Shown piece after piece: positions 47,988 to 57,820 of a stretch of DNA of 64,000 nucleotides. The DNA is from Chitinophagaceae bacterium. Lineage in GTDB: Bacteria > Bacteroidota > Bacteroidia > Chitinophagales > Chitinophagaceae. The stretch is from assembly GCA_049318705.1 (NCBI GenBank), contig JBMOFV010000009.1, positions 31,655 to 95,654 on the forward strand. The letters run 5' to 3'. The translations under genes and the position numbers were made by a program. Each line of letters begins with the position of its first letter. Position 1 is the first letter of the stretch. The notes below the pieces were generated by a model. It searched no databases and was not told the DNA's origin. It worked only from the letters and a program-made list of their open reading frames with translations.

Positions 47988-48018
47988 TTTGTTCAGGCAG
48001 AGAAAAACCCTACTTTTG
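47988..48018 (+). promoter_or_regulatory. Consensus Bacteroidota promoter for the initiator tRNA
   Basis: TTTG (47988-47991), a 19-nt spacer, then TACTTTTG (48011-48018, TAnnTTTG). The tRNA 5' end lies 4 nt downstream. Confidence 0.55.
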
Positions 48019-48021
48019 CAC

Positions 48022-48093
<72 letters not shown>

Positions 48094-48098
48094 CACAG

Positions 48099-48124
48099 AT
48101 GGCAAGGGACACTTTGCCATTTTT
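48099..48124 (+). terminator. Terminator after the tRNA
   Basis: ATGGCAA-gggacact-TTGCCAT followed by TTTT. Confidence 0.6.
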
Positions 48125-48217
48125 AATTTAAGGTTATTCCTTCGTGCGATAGGACGGAATTTTCAGAAATTCTATCATATACCAAAGAGAAGACCTAATC
48201 ATCTAAATGTAATTAAC

Positions 48218-49519
48218 GTGCAAACTATTGCCATCGTCGGAAGACCCAATGTCGGAAAATCTACTTTTTTTAATCGCCTGATTGGCGAACGAAAAGCGAT
48301 TGTAGATGATGAAAGTGGAGTAACACGCGACCGACAATATGGAGAATGTGAATGGAATGGGAAACGTTTTCATGTGATTGACACAGGCGGATATGTGGTG
48401 AATAGCGACGATGTATTTGAGCGTGAAATTCGCAAGCAGGTTGAAATTGCATTAGACGAAGCGGATGTGGTGCTGTTTGTGGTAGATGTGATTACCGGTG
48501 TTACACCTTTGGATGAGGACTTTGCGCAGTTTTTACATCGTTCGCCCAAACCGGTATTGATGGTGGTGAATAAGGTCGACAACAGTCGCCGACAGGTAGA
48601 TGGCATGGAGTTTTATAGTTTAGGTTTTGAAGATTTATTTTTTATCTCTTCTCTTTCCGGAAGTGGAACGGGCGATTTGTTAGATAAAGTAAGTTCTTTA
48701 TTGGGTGATGAGGTGTCAGATTTACCGGAGGGGCTCGCTAAATTGGCGATTGTGGGTCAACCCAATGCAGGTAAGTCTTCCTTGCTGAATGCCTTGGTGG
48801 GTGAAGAGCGAAATATTGTATCAGATATTGCCGGCACTACCCGCGATAGTATCCATACCCATTATAATTTATTTGGTCGGGAGTTTATTCTGATTGATAC
48901 GGCAGGCTTGCGTAAAAAGAGCAAGGAGATGGATGATCTCGAATTTTATTCGACCATTCGGGCGGTGAAAGCCCTGGAGGAAGCGGATGTATGTTTGCTT
49001 CTTATTGATGCAGTGAAGGGAATTACGGCCCAGGATGTGAATATATTTTCATTGGCAACCCGAAAAGGAAAAGGAGTTCTGATTTTGGTGAATAAATGGG
49101 ATTTGGTGGAGAAAGAAACCATGACTTCCAAAAGGGTTGAGATGGAAATCAAGGAGAAGATCAAACCTTTTACGGATGTGCCGATTTTATTTGTGAGTGC
49201 AACCGAAAAACAACGTATTCATAAAGCCATTGAAGAAACTTTATTGGTGTATGAAAAGCGCAATAAAAAAATTGCGACATCTGTGTTGAACGATATTATG
49301 TTAAAAGAAATTCAGCACTATCCACCGCCGTTTTATCGGGGGAATCCGGTTTCGATTAAGTTTATACAACAGTTGCCGGTGGTGGTACCTTCTTTTGCAT
49401 TTTATTGCAATCATCCTGAAGAAATTCGGGATGCATATAAGAATTTTCTGGAAAATAAATTACGGTCCCATTTCGATTTTAAGGGGGTTCCTATGCGCTT
49501 GTTTTTCCGCAAAAAGTAA
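48218..49519 (+). CDS. der: Ribosome biogenesis GTPase Der (EngA), double G domain
   Basis: IAIVGRPNVGKSTFFNRL and a second P-loop LAIVGQPNAGKSSLLNAL; DTGG / DTAG; NKVD / NKWD. GTG start. Confidence 0.92.
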   Translation: MQTIAIVGRPNVGKSTFFNRLIGERKAIVDDESGVTRDRQYGECEWNGKRFHVIDTGGYVVNSDDVFEREIRKQVEIALDEADVVLFVVDVITGVTPLDEDFAQFLHRSPKPVLMVVNKVDNSRRQVDGMEFYSLGFEDLFFISSLSGSGTGDLLDKVSSLLGDEVSDLPEGLAKLAIVGQPNAGKSSLLNALVGEERNIVSDIAGTTRDSIHTHYNLFGREFILIDTAGLRKKSKEMDDLEFYSTIRAVKALEEADVCLLLIDAVKGITAQDVNIFSLATRKGKGVLILVNKWDLVEKETMTSKRVEMEIKEKIKPFTDVPILFVSATEKQRIHKAIEETLLVYEKRNKKIATSVLNDIMLKEIQHYPPPFYRGNPVSIKFIQQLPVVVPSFAFYCNHPEEIRDAYKNFLENKLRSHFDFKGVPMRLFFRKK

Positions 49520-49758
49520 ACGCAATCTTGCTCCAATCTTCGTGCTGCTGATTTTTTCAGTTCCTTGATGTTCGCCAATAAAGGGTTCTTGCGCCCAACC
49601 TGTTGACCTCATTTTACGCTCTAAGTCCCATTCGTATAATATTCAGACCATTGGTCATTTCCAGACTTATGGGCGTTTCGGGAGCAGCTACTTTTGCCAC
49701 CATTCTGTGTAATACCACATGCGTTGTATCAATACGTTATAAACTTAAAATGTAAAAT

Positions 49759-49793
49759 AAACTTTTGGAGTTTAAAAAGTTTCCATAGTTTTG
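49759..49793 (+). promoter_or_regulatory. Candidate promoter with overlapping palindromic operator for the tetR-efflux operon
   Basis: Inverted repeat AAACTTTT (49759-49766) / AAAAGTTT (49775-49782). TTTG at 49764-49767, an 18-nt spacer, then TAGTTTTG (49786-49793, TAnnTTTG), only 4 nt before the GTG start of tetR. Confidence 0.4.
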
Positions 49794-49797
49794 CCCC

Positions 49798-50415
49798 GTG
49801 AACGAACAAAAACAACATATTATTGAAATAGCCTTTGCACAGTTCAGGCAATATGGATTCAAGAACATCACTATGGATGATATTTCCCGGAGTGCTGGTG
49901 TTTCAAAAAAAACCTTATACGAATTGTTTTCAGATAAAGACGAACTCGTGTTGGAGTCCGTCAAATTTATGTTGAATCAAAATCAATGTGAAACGGATTT
50001 GGCCATGACCGCATCAAAACATGCCGTTGAACAAATTGTACATGTGCTCAACCTGATGGAAAAAATGGTGCGTGGTCTGAACATGGTTTGCTATATGGAT
50101 TTACAAAGGCATTACTCGGATGCATTCCGATATCTGCAAGAGCATAAAGAATCGTATTTGTATCGTTGTATTGCCGATAACCTGAAACGGGGTATTCAGG
50201 AAGGGCTCTATCGTGAGGATATTGATGTTGAAATCATTACCCGTTTCCGCATGGAATCTGCCTTGCTGGCCTTTCAGTACAATGTTTTTCCTCAGGAAAA
50301 GTATGATACGGTAAAGGTCAATTTTCAAATTTTTACCAACTACATGTATGGAATTGCATCTCTTAAAGGACATAAACTCATCACCCAATATTTACAGAAA
50401 TATGTTAAAGCTTAA
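49798..50415 (+). CDS. TetR/AcrR family transcriptional regulator
   Basis: N-terminal HTH region IIEIAFAQFRQYGFKNITMDDISRSAGVSKKTLYELF. 205 aa, GTG start. Confidence 0.85.
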   Translation: MNEQKQHIIEIAFAQFRQYGFKNITMDDISRSAGVSKKTLYELFSDKDELVLESVKFMLNQNQCETDLAMTASKHAVEQIVHVLNLMEKMVRGLNMVCYMDLQRHYSDAFRYLQEHKESYLYRCIADNLKRGIQEGLYREDIDVEIITRFRMESALLAFQYNVFPQEKYDTVKVNFQIFTNYMYGIASLKGHKLITQYLQKYVKA

Positions 50416-51790
50416 ATACCTGATCGTTTTCTTTTTGACGACATACACTGCTTTGGGGCAGGAAAAATCGCAGTATTCATTGCGCGATTGTATCGATTAT
50501 GCGTTACAGAACCACACGAAAATCAAAGGGGTTCAGTTGGACGAACAATTACAATTGGAAAAAAATAAAGAAATTGTTGGCATCGCCCGGCCACAGGTGA
50601 GCGCGACCGGCCAATTTCAATACTTATTTGTGATTCCTAAACAAAGAATTGATGCCGGAGCTTTTGACTTTTCATCCAGCCTCAGCTTTTTCAAAATCGA
50701 TACGCCCGCGTTTATCGCTTATCAAAACCAACCGAAAGAAAAATATTCCGAAGCCCAGTTTGGGTTACCACTCAATTTAAGTGCGGGCGTTCAGGCTTCG
50801 CAAATTTTATTTGAGTCCGGCGTTTTTGTGGCATTAAAAGCCCGTAAAAGTTTGGAAGAATTGTCGGTTCTCAACATTAAGCGTACCGAAGAAGAGGTGA
50901 AAATTGCGGTTGCCAAGGCGTATTACAATTGTGTGATTGCTGAAAAAAGAATTAAACTTTTGGACGAAAATATTCAGCTATTGAATTCACTGGAAGAAAT
51001 GACGCTTAAATTATTTAATGAGGGATTCGCTGAACGTATTGATGCAGACAGGCTAACCGTACAAAAAAATAATTTGATCACGGAAAGAGACAAAATCAAC
51101 AACCTCGTTCAGTTGAGTTATGGTTTGTTGAAGTTTCAAATAGGCATGCCTTTTAATCAGGTCATTCGTTTGACTGATGATTTAAATGCCGATGAAATAC
51201 GCAGCAATATTGAACTCGACAGGGTGGTAGATTACTCCAATCGTATTGAAATGAGCATTCTGCAAAAGGTTAAGGTGCTCAACGGATTTGATTATGAGCG
51301 CTACAAAAAGGGCTATTTGCCAACCGTAGCTGCGGCCGTATCAGGCAGTTTTGGTACCCAAACCATTGCCTTTAAAGAGTTGTTTACACTGCCTTATTTT
51401 CCTACCGGCGCTTTTGTGTTGAATGCCAGTATGCCACTGTATGACGGGGGCACCAGAAAGGCAAAAATGAATCAGGCCAGACTCAATATGCTGAAAAACG
51501 AAAATGATATGTTGGCCCTGCAGCAGGCGGTTGATTTGGAAAGCAGCAATGCCCGTACTCAATTGCGCAATAGCATCATGTCGCTCGATAGTCAGGAAAA
51601 AAACATAGAACTTGCTCAAAAGGTATACAATATCGCCCAGAAAAAATATAAAGAAGGCGTTGGTACCAATATCGAAATCTTACAGGCAGAAACTGCTTTG
51701 AAGGAAGCGAAAACCAATTATTTTAATTCGCTTTATGAAGCCATCATTGCTAAACTGGATTTTCAAAAGTCACTGGGCATCTTTAAATAA
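50402..51790 (+). CDS. TolC-family outer membrane efflux protein
   Basis: Start taken at MLKLKYLIVFFLTTYTALGQ (the ORF begins at 50348). LRDCIDYALQNH, and two repeated coiled-coil halves ending ...YEAIIAKLDFQKSLG. Overlaps the tetR stop by 14 nt. Confidence 0.85.
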   Translation: MLKLKYLIVFFLTTYTALGQEKSQYSLRDCIDYALQNHTKIKGVQLDEQLQLEKNKEIVGIARPQVSATGQFQYLFVIPKQRIDAGAFDFSSSLSFFKIDTPAFIAYQNQPKEKYSEAQFGLPLNLSAGVQASQILFESGVFVALKARKSLEELSVLNIKRTEEEVKIAVAKAYYNCVIAEKRIKLLDENIQLLNSLEEMTLKLFNEGFAERIDADRLTVQKNNLITERDKINNLVQLSYGLLKFQIGMPFNQVIRLTDDLNADEIRSNIELDRVVDYSNRIEMSILQKVKVLNGFDYERYKKGYLPTVAAAVSGSFGTQTIAFKELFTLPYFPTGAFVLNASMPLYDGGTRKAKMNQARLNMLKNENDMLALQQAVDLESSNARTQLRNSIMSLDSQEKNIELAQKVYNIAQKKYKEGVGTNIEILQAETALKEAKTNYFNSLYEAIIAKLDFQKSLGIFK

Positions 51791-51824
51791 TCATCCATAT
51801 TAACACATACAAAAACGAATAGAT

Positions 51825-52946
51825 ATGCTGAATTTCAAACCATTGTTGATTATCGCTGTCAGCGCCTCATTATTGGCCTCTTGCGGTGGTGGTGAAAACA
51901 AAAAAGATAAATCTGCACAGATCAAAGAGCTGAAGCAGCAACAAAAAGAACTTCAAACAAAAATAGATGCCCTGGAAGCGGCGATGCCCAAAAAAGATAG
52001 CGGTCGTGTAATTCCGGTTACGGTTACATCGATGTCGCCTAGTGTATTTTCGAATTATATTGATGTTCAGGGTAAAGTGGATGTGGATGAAGTGGTGAAT
52101 GCTATTCCTGAAATGCCCGGTATCATTGAATCAATTTTAGTAAAACCCGGACAATATGTTCGTAAAGGTCAAGTGGTGGCTCGTTTGCGCAGCGAAAGTA
52201 TAACGAAAGGAATTGACCAAATTGATCAACAAATTGCTTTTGCAAAAACGATGTACGATAAACAAAAGCGACTTTGGGATCAGGAAATTGGGACCGAAGT
52301 ACAGTTGTTGAGCGCCAAGCATCAGTATGAGGCTTTGTTAAAACAAAAACAAACCAATCTTACGCAAAAAAATTCCTTCAATGTATACTCGCCGATCAAT
52401 GGGGTGGTGGACGCTGTTGATGCAACGGTGGGACAATCGTATTCCAATCCCATGGGTGCTCCTGTGATTCGGATTATCAACACGGGCAAACTGAAAATAG
52501 AGGCGAGAATTGCTGAAAACTATGCTGGTATTGTTCATACGGGAAGTCCGGTGATGATCATTTTTCCGGATATGCACGATTCACTACCTACCAAAATTGC
52601 CTATGCAGAACGTTTGATAGATAATGCCACCAAAACTTTTGCAGCTTACATTCCGCTGCCGGCAAATGCATCTTATCAACCCAATATGACCGCCCAAGTA
52701 CGCATAGCTACTTACACCAATACCAAAGCTTTTGTGTTGCCTATTGGAGTCATCCAAAAAACAGATAAAGGTGATTTTGTATTCATCGCGGGTGCAGATG
52801 GAAAAGCGCAAATGCGGCAAATCAGTACCGGTCGCACTTATATGGGGCGAGCCGAAGTTTTGGATGGTTTAACCCTCGGCGACCAGGTTATAACAGTCGG
52901 ATATGATGAATTAAATGATGGAGACAGAATAGAAATTCAGCCATAG
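51825..52946 (+). CDS. Efflux RND transporter periplasmic adaptor (MFP/HlyD family)
   Basis: Lipoprotein signal LLASCGG, a coiled-coil segment, then lipoyl/beta-barrel segments (V.PGQYVRKGQVVARL...SPINGVVD...). Confidence 0.85.
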   Translation: MLNFKPLLIIAVSASLLASCGGGENKKDKSAQIKELKQQQKELQTKIDALEAAMPKKDSGRVIPVTVTSMSPSVFSNYIDVQGKVDVDEVVNAIPEMPGIIESILVKPGQYVRKGQVVARLRSESITKGIDQIDQQIAFAKTMYDKQKRLWDQEIGTEVQLLSAKHQYEALLKQKQTNLTQKNSFNVYSPINGVVDAVDATVGQSYSNPMGAPVIRIINTGKLKIEARIAENYAGIVHTGSPVMIIFPDMHDSLPTKIAYAERLIDNATKTFAAYIPLPANASYQPNMTAQVRIATYTNTKAFVLPIGVIQKTDKGDFVFIAGADGKAQMRQISTGRTYMGRAEVLDGLTLGDQVITVGYDELNDGDRIEIQP

Positions 52947-53000
52947 TGGTTTGGATTTTATAAGCAAGGAATAATAGCTCACACGAATAACAATAACACA

Positions 53001-56000
53001 ATGAAAATAAATCCTTCCGTTTGGCCGATTAATAATCGTACGGCCATTTATATAGGTACCTTGTTTCTTTGTATCATGGGATTGGTTGCATATAACAACC
53101 TGCCTAAAGAACAATTTCCGGAAATTAAATTTCCGAAAATGTATGTACAAACGATCTATCCGGGAACTAGTCCGGAGAATATGAAAAACCTGGTGAGTAA
53201 ACATATTGAAAAACAACTCAAGGGTATTACAGGGATAAAAAAAGTAACCAGTAATTCCTTTCAGGATTTTTCGATTGTTGAAGCCGAATTTAATACGGAC
53301 GTCAAAATGGAAAAAGCCAAAAAAAGTGTGGAAGATGCACTCGATAAGGCTCGTCCGGATTTGCCGCAAAATTTACCCAATGAACCTCAAATCATCGAAA
53401 TTGATGTAAGTGAAATTCCAATCATGAATGTCAACATTTATGGGAATTTCGATTTAAAACGATTGGAAAATTATGCCGATAAACTCAAAGATAAAATTGA
53501 GGGCTTAAAAGAAATTAAGAAGGTTGTGAAGGTGGGTGGATTGGAGCGTGAAATCCAAATCAATGTCGACCTGGTAAAGATGACTTCAGCGCAATTGAGT
53601 TTCCGGGATATTCAGGGAGCTATCGGCTATGAAAACATTGAAGCAACCCCGGGCTTGGTAAAGATTGATGGTGAACAGCGAATTATTAGTGTAAAAAAAG
53701 TATTTAAAACAGCCGATGAAATTGCCAATGTGGTTGTTCAAAACCCTTATGGTTCCAATGTGTATTTAAAAGACATTGCAGAAATAAAAGATACCTACAA
53801 AGAACAGGAGAGTTTTGCCCGTTTAGATGGAAAAAATGTAATCACCTTGAATATCATTAAACGAGCTGGTCAAAATCTGATTGATGCAAGTGATAAAATC
53901 CGGGCGATTGTAGATGAAACAAAAACCAATGAACTCCCTAAAGAATTAAATGTGGTGTTAACCGGCGATCAAAGTGATGCCACCCGAACAACCATTCATG
54001 ATTTAATCAATACCATCATTATCGGTTTCTTATTGGTAACGGTCATCTTGATGTTTTTTATGGGAACGACCAACGCATTGTTTGTCGCGCTTTCCGTACC
54101 TCTGTCCTGCGCCATTGCCTTTTTGGTATTGCCGGCTCTTGGATTTACCTTAAACATGATCGTGTTATTTTCATTCCTCCTTGCTTTGGGTATTGTGGTA
54201 GATGATGCCATTGTGGTGATTGAAAATGCCCATCGTATTTTTCATCATGAGAAACTACCGATTAAGGAAGCCGTAAAAAAAGCCACCGGGGAAGTGTTCT
54301 TACCGGTACTCACAGGAACAATTACCACCTTGATGCCGTTTATCCCTTTAGCCTTTTGGAAAGGGGTGATTGGAGAATTTATGTTCTTCTTGCCCGTGAC
54401 ACTGATTATTACTTTAGTTGCTTCGTTGTTGGTTGCCTATATTATCAATCCGGTTTTCGCGGTTGATTTTATGAAGGAGAAAGAATATGATGGCAAAGAA
54501 AAAATAAAATGGACCAAACAAACGACGATAACCATCATAGGTTTTGTGGTTACCGGTTTATTGGCACATCTGATGGGCTCACACGGCATGGGTAATTTTG
54601 TGTTGGTCATGGCCGTCATGTTTTTGTTGAACAAATTTGTTTTCGTGAAATGGATTCATGCCTTTCAAACGAAAGTATGGCCCGCAGTTCAAAATTGGTA
54701 TGTGCGAAAATTAGCCTGGGCGCTCGAGCATCGCTGGCAAACCATGTTGGTGATTATTGGATTGTTTATCGCTTCATTTGCATTGATTTCGGTGCGTGCG
54801 CCTAAGGTGCTCTTTTTCCCGGAGGCAGAACCCAATTTTACGTATGTGTACTTAACCATGCCCGAAGGAACGGATCAAACCCGCACCAACGAAGTGTTGA
54901 AACAACTTGAAGAAAAAGTAGATTTGGCCTTACGTGATTCCATTACCGGCAAACGAAGTCCGATTGTTACTTCGGTTATTTCCAATGTAAAATTAGGAGC
55001 AACCAATCAGGAGGCCGGAGAAATTGGAGAATATCCGAATCGGGGAAAAATTACGGTGGCATTTGCAAAGTTTGCAGATCGAAATGGACGATCAACACAG
55101 GAGTTGCTGAATAAAATTCGTGCAACCGTGAAGGGTGTTCCCGGAACTCAAATAGTCGTAGATAAAGAATCGGGTGGTCCGCCAACACCTAAACCGATTG
55201 TGATTGAAATTACAGGGGATAATTTAGATACCTTGATTGCATCTTCAAAGCGACTAAAACGATTTTTAGACAATCGTCAAATTGCCGGGGTTGAAGAGTT
55301 GAAAAGCGATTTTCAGGCCAATAAACCCGAAATTATTTTTGATGTTAACCGCGATCGTTTAAACCGCGAAGGGATTAGTACCGGCATGATAGCGGGTGAT
55401 TTAAGGACGGCTGTATTTGGCAGTGAAATTTCCCGTTTCCGCGATAATAAAGATGATTATCCAATCACATTGCGATTAAATTCGGATCAACGAAACAATA
55501 TTGATTTGATCAAAAATCTGACTATTACCTATCGTGATATGGCGATGCAAGGCATGGTGCGACAGGTTCCTATCAGTAGTTTTGTAGATATACGGTATGG
55601 GTATACTTATGGGGGTATTAAACGGAAAGATGAAAAACAAATTATTACCTTGTCTTCAAATGTGACCAGCGATTTTAATCCGAACGAAGTAGTGGCAGAA
55701 GTTCAGGCTGCCGTAGATGAATTTCAGAAACCGGGAGAAATCAATATCCGAATGGGTGGAGAACAAGAGGAGCAAAAAGAAACAGGTGCGTTTTTAGGAG
55801 GTGCTTTACTTACTTCAATGGCCCTTATTTTTCTTTTATTGATTGCACAGTTTAATTCTATTTCACGAACACTGATTATCATGAGCGAAATCCTCTTGAG
55901 TGTGATTGGGGTGTTTTTAGGAATTGGAATATTTAATATGGATTTTGTAATCGTTATGACCGGAATTGGTATTGTTGCCTTGGCTGGTATTGTGGTGAGA

Positions 56001-56357
56001 AATGGAATTCTTTTAATCGAATTTTCTGACATCAAACTCAAAGAAGGCCTCAGTCCGAAAGATGCTTTACTGGAAGCAGGTCGCACGCGTATGACGCCGG
56101 TTCTGTTAACGGCAACAGCCACCATGATTGGATTGGTTCCTTTAGCGGTAGGCTTAAATATGGATTTTGCAGAACTTTTTACAACGGGCAACCCACATAT
56201 CTTTTTTGGGGGTGATAGTGTTGCATTCTGGGGACCACTAAGCTGGACTATGATTTTTGGATTGAGTTTTGCCACTGTGATTACCCTGATCATTGTACCG
56301 GTTATGATGGTGATGGCGTTGAATTGGAAAGCAAAATGGAAGAACCGCAAAAGTTAA
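53001..56357 (+). CDS. Efflux RND transporter permease (AcrB/CzcA superfamily)
   Basis: 1118 aa with 12-TM topology and two large periplasmic loops. Conserved ALGIVVDDAIVVIEN and IVALAGIVVRNGILLIEF blocks. Confidence 0.9.
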   Translation: MKINPSVWPINNRTAIYIGTLFLCIMGLVAYNNLPKEQFPEIKFPKMYVQTIYPGTSPENMKNLVSKHIEKQLKGITGIKKVTSNSFQDFSIVEAEFNTDVKMEKAKKSVEDALDKARPDLPQNLPNEPQIIEIDVSEIPIMNVNIYGNFDLKRLENYADKLKDKIEGLKEIKKVVKVGGLEREIQINVDLVKMTSAQLSFRDIQGAIGYENIEATPGLVKIDGEQRIISVKKVFKTADEIANVVVQNPYGSNVYLKDIAEIKDTYKEQESFARLDGKNVITLNIIKRAGQNLIDASDKIRAIVDETKTNELPKELNVVLTGDQSDATRTTIHDLINTIIIGFLLVTVILMFFMGTTNALFVALSVPLSCAIAFLVLPALGFTLNMIVLFSFLLALGIVVDDAIVVIENAHRIFHHEKLPIKEAVKKATGEVFLPVLTGTITTLMPFIPLAFWKGVIGEFMFFLPVTLIITLVASLLVAYIINPVFAVDFMKEKEYDGKEKIKWTKQTTITIIGFVVTGLLAHLMGSHGMGNFVLVMAVMFLLNKFVFVKWIHAFQTKVWPAVQNWYVRKLAWALEHRWQTMLVIIGLFIASFALISVRAPKVLFFPEAEPNFTYVYLTMPEGTDQTRTNEVLKQLEEKVDLALRDSITGKRSPIVTSVISNVKLGATNQEAGEIGEYPNRGKITVAFAKFADRNGRSTQELLNKIRATVKGVPGTQIVVDKESGGPPTPKPIVIEITGDNLDTLIASSKRLKRFLDNRQIAGVEELKSDFQANKPEIIFDVNRDRLNREGISTGMIAGDLRTAVFGSEISRFRDNKDDYPITLRLNSDQRNNIDLIKNLTITYRDMAMQGMVRQVPISSFVDIRYGYTYGGIKRKDEKQIITLSSNVTSDFNPNEVVAEVQAAVDEFQKPGEINIRMGGEQEEQKETGAFLGGALLTSMALIFLLLIAQFNSISRTLIIMSEILLSVIGVFLGIGIFNMDFVIVMTGIGIVALAGIVVRNGILLIEFSDIKLKEGLSPKDALLEAGRTRMTPVLLTATATMIGLVPLAVGLNMDFAELFTTGNPHIFFGGDSVAFWGPLSWTMIFGLSFATVITLIIVPVMMVMALNWKAKWKNRKS

Positions 56358-56394
56358 TGGGTTCGTCCTAAACCGGTTTTGACAGATACTTAAA

Positions 56395-57783
56395 TTGATT
56401 TATCATTGCTTCGTGCGAAAACTATTATTTTTACTTTATTGGGTATGTGGCTATCAAACGCTGCATGCCCAATTTCAATTAGTGACACAGGCACTTGATC
56501 AACTTGGCCAACAAACACCTTATGCCAAAGCCGATATTAGTTTTACCTTGTTAGATAATCAAGCAGGTAAACGACTCATATCCTATCAATCAGACCGTTT
56601 ACTCGCGCCTGCATCTACCTTAAAAACGTTTACCACTGCCACCGCATTAAAGGTGTTGGGCCCCGATTTTCGTTATCGAACGGAAATAGTATTTCAAGGA
56701 CAAATTAAATCCGGAATTGCAAAAGGGGTACTTCGAATTTATGCTTCCGGCGATCCAACATTTGGCAGTGATCGTTTTGACAGCACCAAACCGGAACGAA
56801 TCAAGTCGCTGATCGTTGAAGCCTTGCGCAAAAAGGGAATTCAAAAGATGTTTGGTAAAGTAGAGGTGTATGGTCAAGTGTTTGATGATTCATCCATCCA
56901 TTCTTGTTGGCTTGATGAGGATATTGGAAATTATTATGGAGCCGGATTGTATCCATTAAACTGGCGTGAAAATAAATTTGAAATTACCCTGGTTCCAACC
57001 AAAACTTCTTTTGTTGTAAAACAGAATACGGCCAACTATCAGAACGATCGTGATTTTTGTATTGAGTTGATTCATAAAGATGATGCTACCACCGAAGAAG
57101 CTTTTGCATTTATCGAAAAGGGTAAATCATGCCCTTATGTTATCCGAGGGGTATTGTCGGCCAGGGAAGCCTCTCATAATATGCAGTTGGCCCGATTGAC
57201 ACCGGCTCATGATTTTGTCATGGAATTAAAACAAACGCTGCAAAGGGAATTTTCTTTTCAGGAAATGGCAACGAGCCATTCCGGCCCGGGTGAGAAGATT
57301 CTTGATATTGTATCACCCACACTCACTGAGATGGTCTATTGGTGTAATCAAAAAAGTTTGAATCTGTATGCAGAGGCTTTTTGTAAAACCATCTCTCATA
57401 AATTGTTTCGAAAAGGCAATTGGTATTTGGGCACACGGGCAATGCTGCGATATGCCAGTGCAAGCGGATTGTCGACAGATGGTGCTGATTTGAAGGATGG
57501 ATCAGGATTGTGTGAAAATAACCGTATTACCACTGCTTTATTATCCGGGATGTTAAGGCAATATACCCGCGAAAAATTCTTTGCATCCTTTTACAATAGT
57601 TTGCCCCTGATTAATGGTCTGAGTATGAAAAGCGGATATATCGGTGGTACAAGGTCTTATGCCGGATATATCACGCTTCGCGACAGCACACAGGCCAGTT
57701 TCGCATTTATTATTCATGGGTATACATGCCCGCCTAGGGATGTGAAGTTAGCGATGTTCCGGATTTTGGATTTGCTGAAATGA
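56395..57783 (+). CDS. dacB: D-alanyl-D-alanine carboxypeptidase/endopeptidase (PBP4, peptidase S13)
   Basis: LLAPASTLKTFTTATAL (SxxK), DGSGL (SxN region) and KSGYIGGTRSYAGY (KTG-like). Non-ATG start: TTG at 56395 or GTG at 56413. Confidence 0.8.
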   Translation: MIYHCFVRKLLFLLYWVCGYQTLHAQFQLVTQALDQLGQQTPYAKADISFTLLDNQAGKRLISYQSDRLLAPASTLKTFTTATALKVLGPDFRYRTEIVFQGQIKSGIAKGVLRIYASGDPTFGSDRFDSTKPERIKSLIVEALRKKGIQKMFGKVEVYGQVFDDSSIHSCWLDEDIGNYYGAGLYPLNWRENKFEITLVPTKTSFVVKQNTANYQNDRDFCIELIHKDDATTEEAFAFIEKGKSCPYVIRGVLSAREASHNMQLARLTPAHDFVMELKQTLQREFSFQEMATSHSGPGEKILDIVSPTLTEMVYWCNQKSLNLYAEAFCKTISHKLFRKGNWYLGTRAMLRYASASGLSTDGADLKDGSGLCENNRITTALLSGMLRQYTREKFFASFYNSLPLINGLSMKSGYIGGTRSYAGYITLRDSTQASFAFIIHGYTCPPRDVKLAMFRILDLLK

Positions 57784-57820
57784 TGAATCAATTTTCTGAA
57801 GGATTTATTATCTTTCAGGC

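Noticed and set aside
55724-56350. 208-aa ORF antisense to the RND permease gene (similar cases: 29834-30370 antisense to feoB, 52911-53369 across the MFP/RND junction, 28791-29195 antisense to the 165-aa gene)
   Set aside because: All are embedded opposite well-supported genes. They have odd composition (Ile/Lys/Pro-rich or Cys/His-rich) and no motifs. These are typical antisense shadow ORFs in AT-rich coding DNA.
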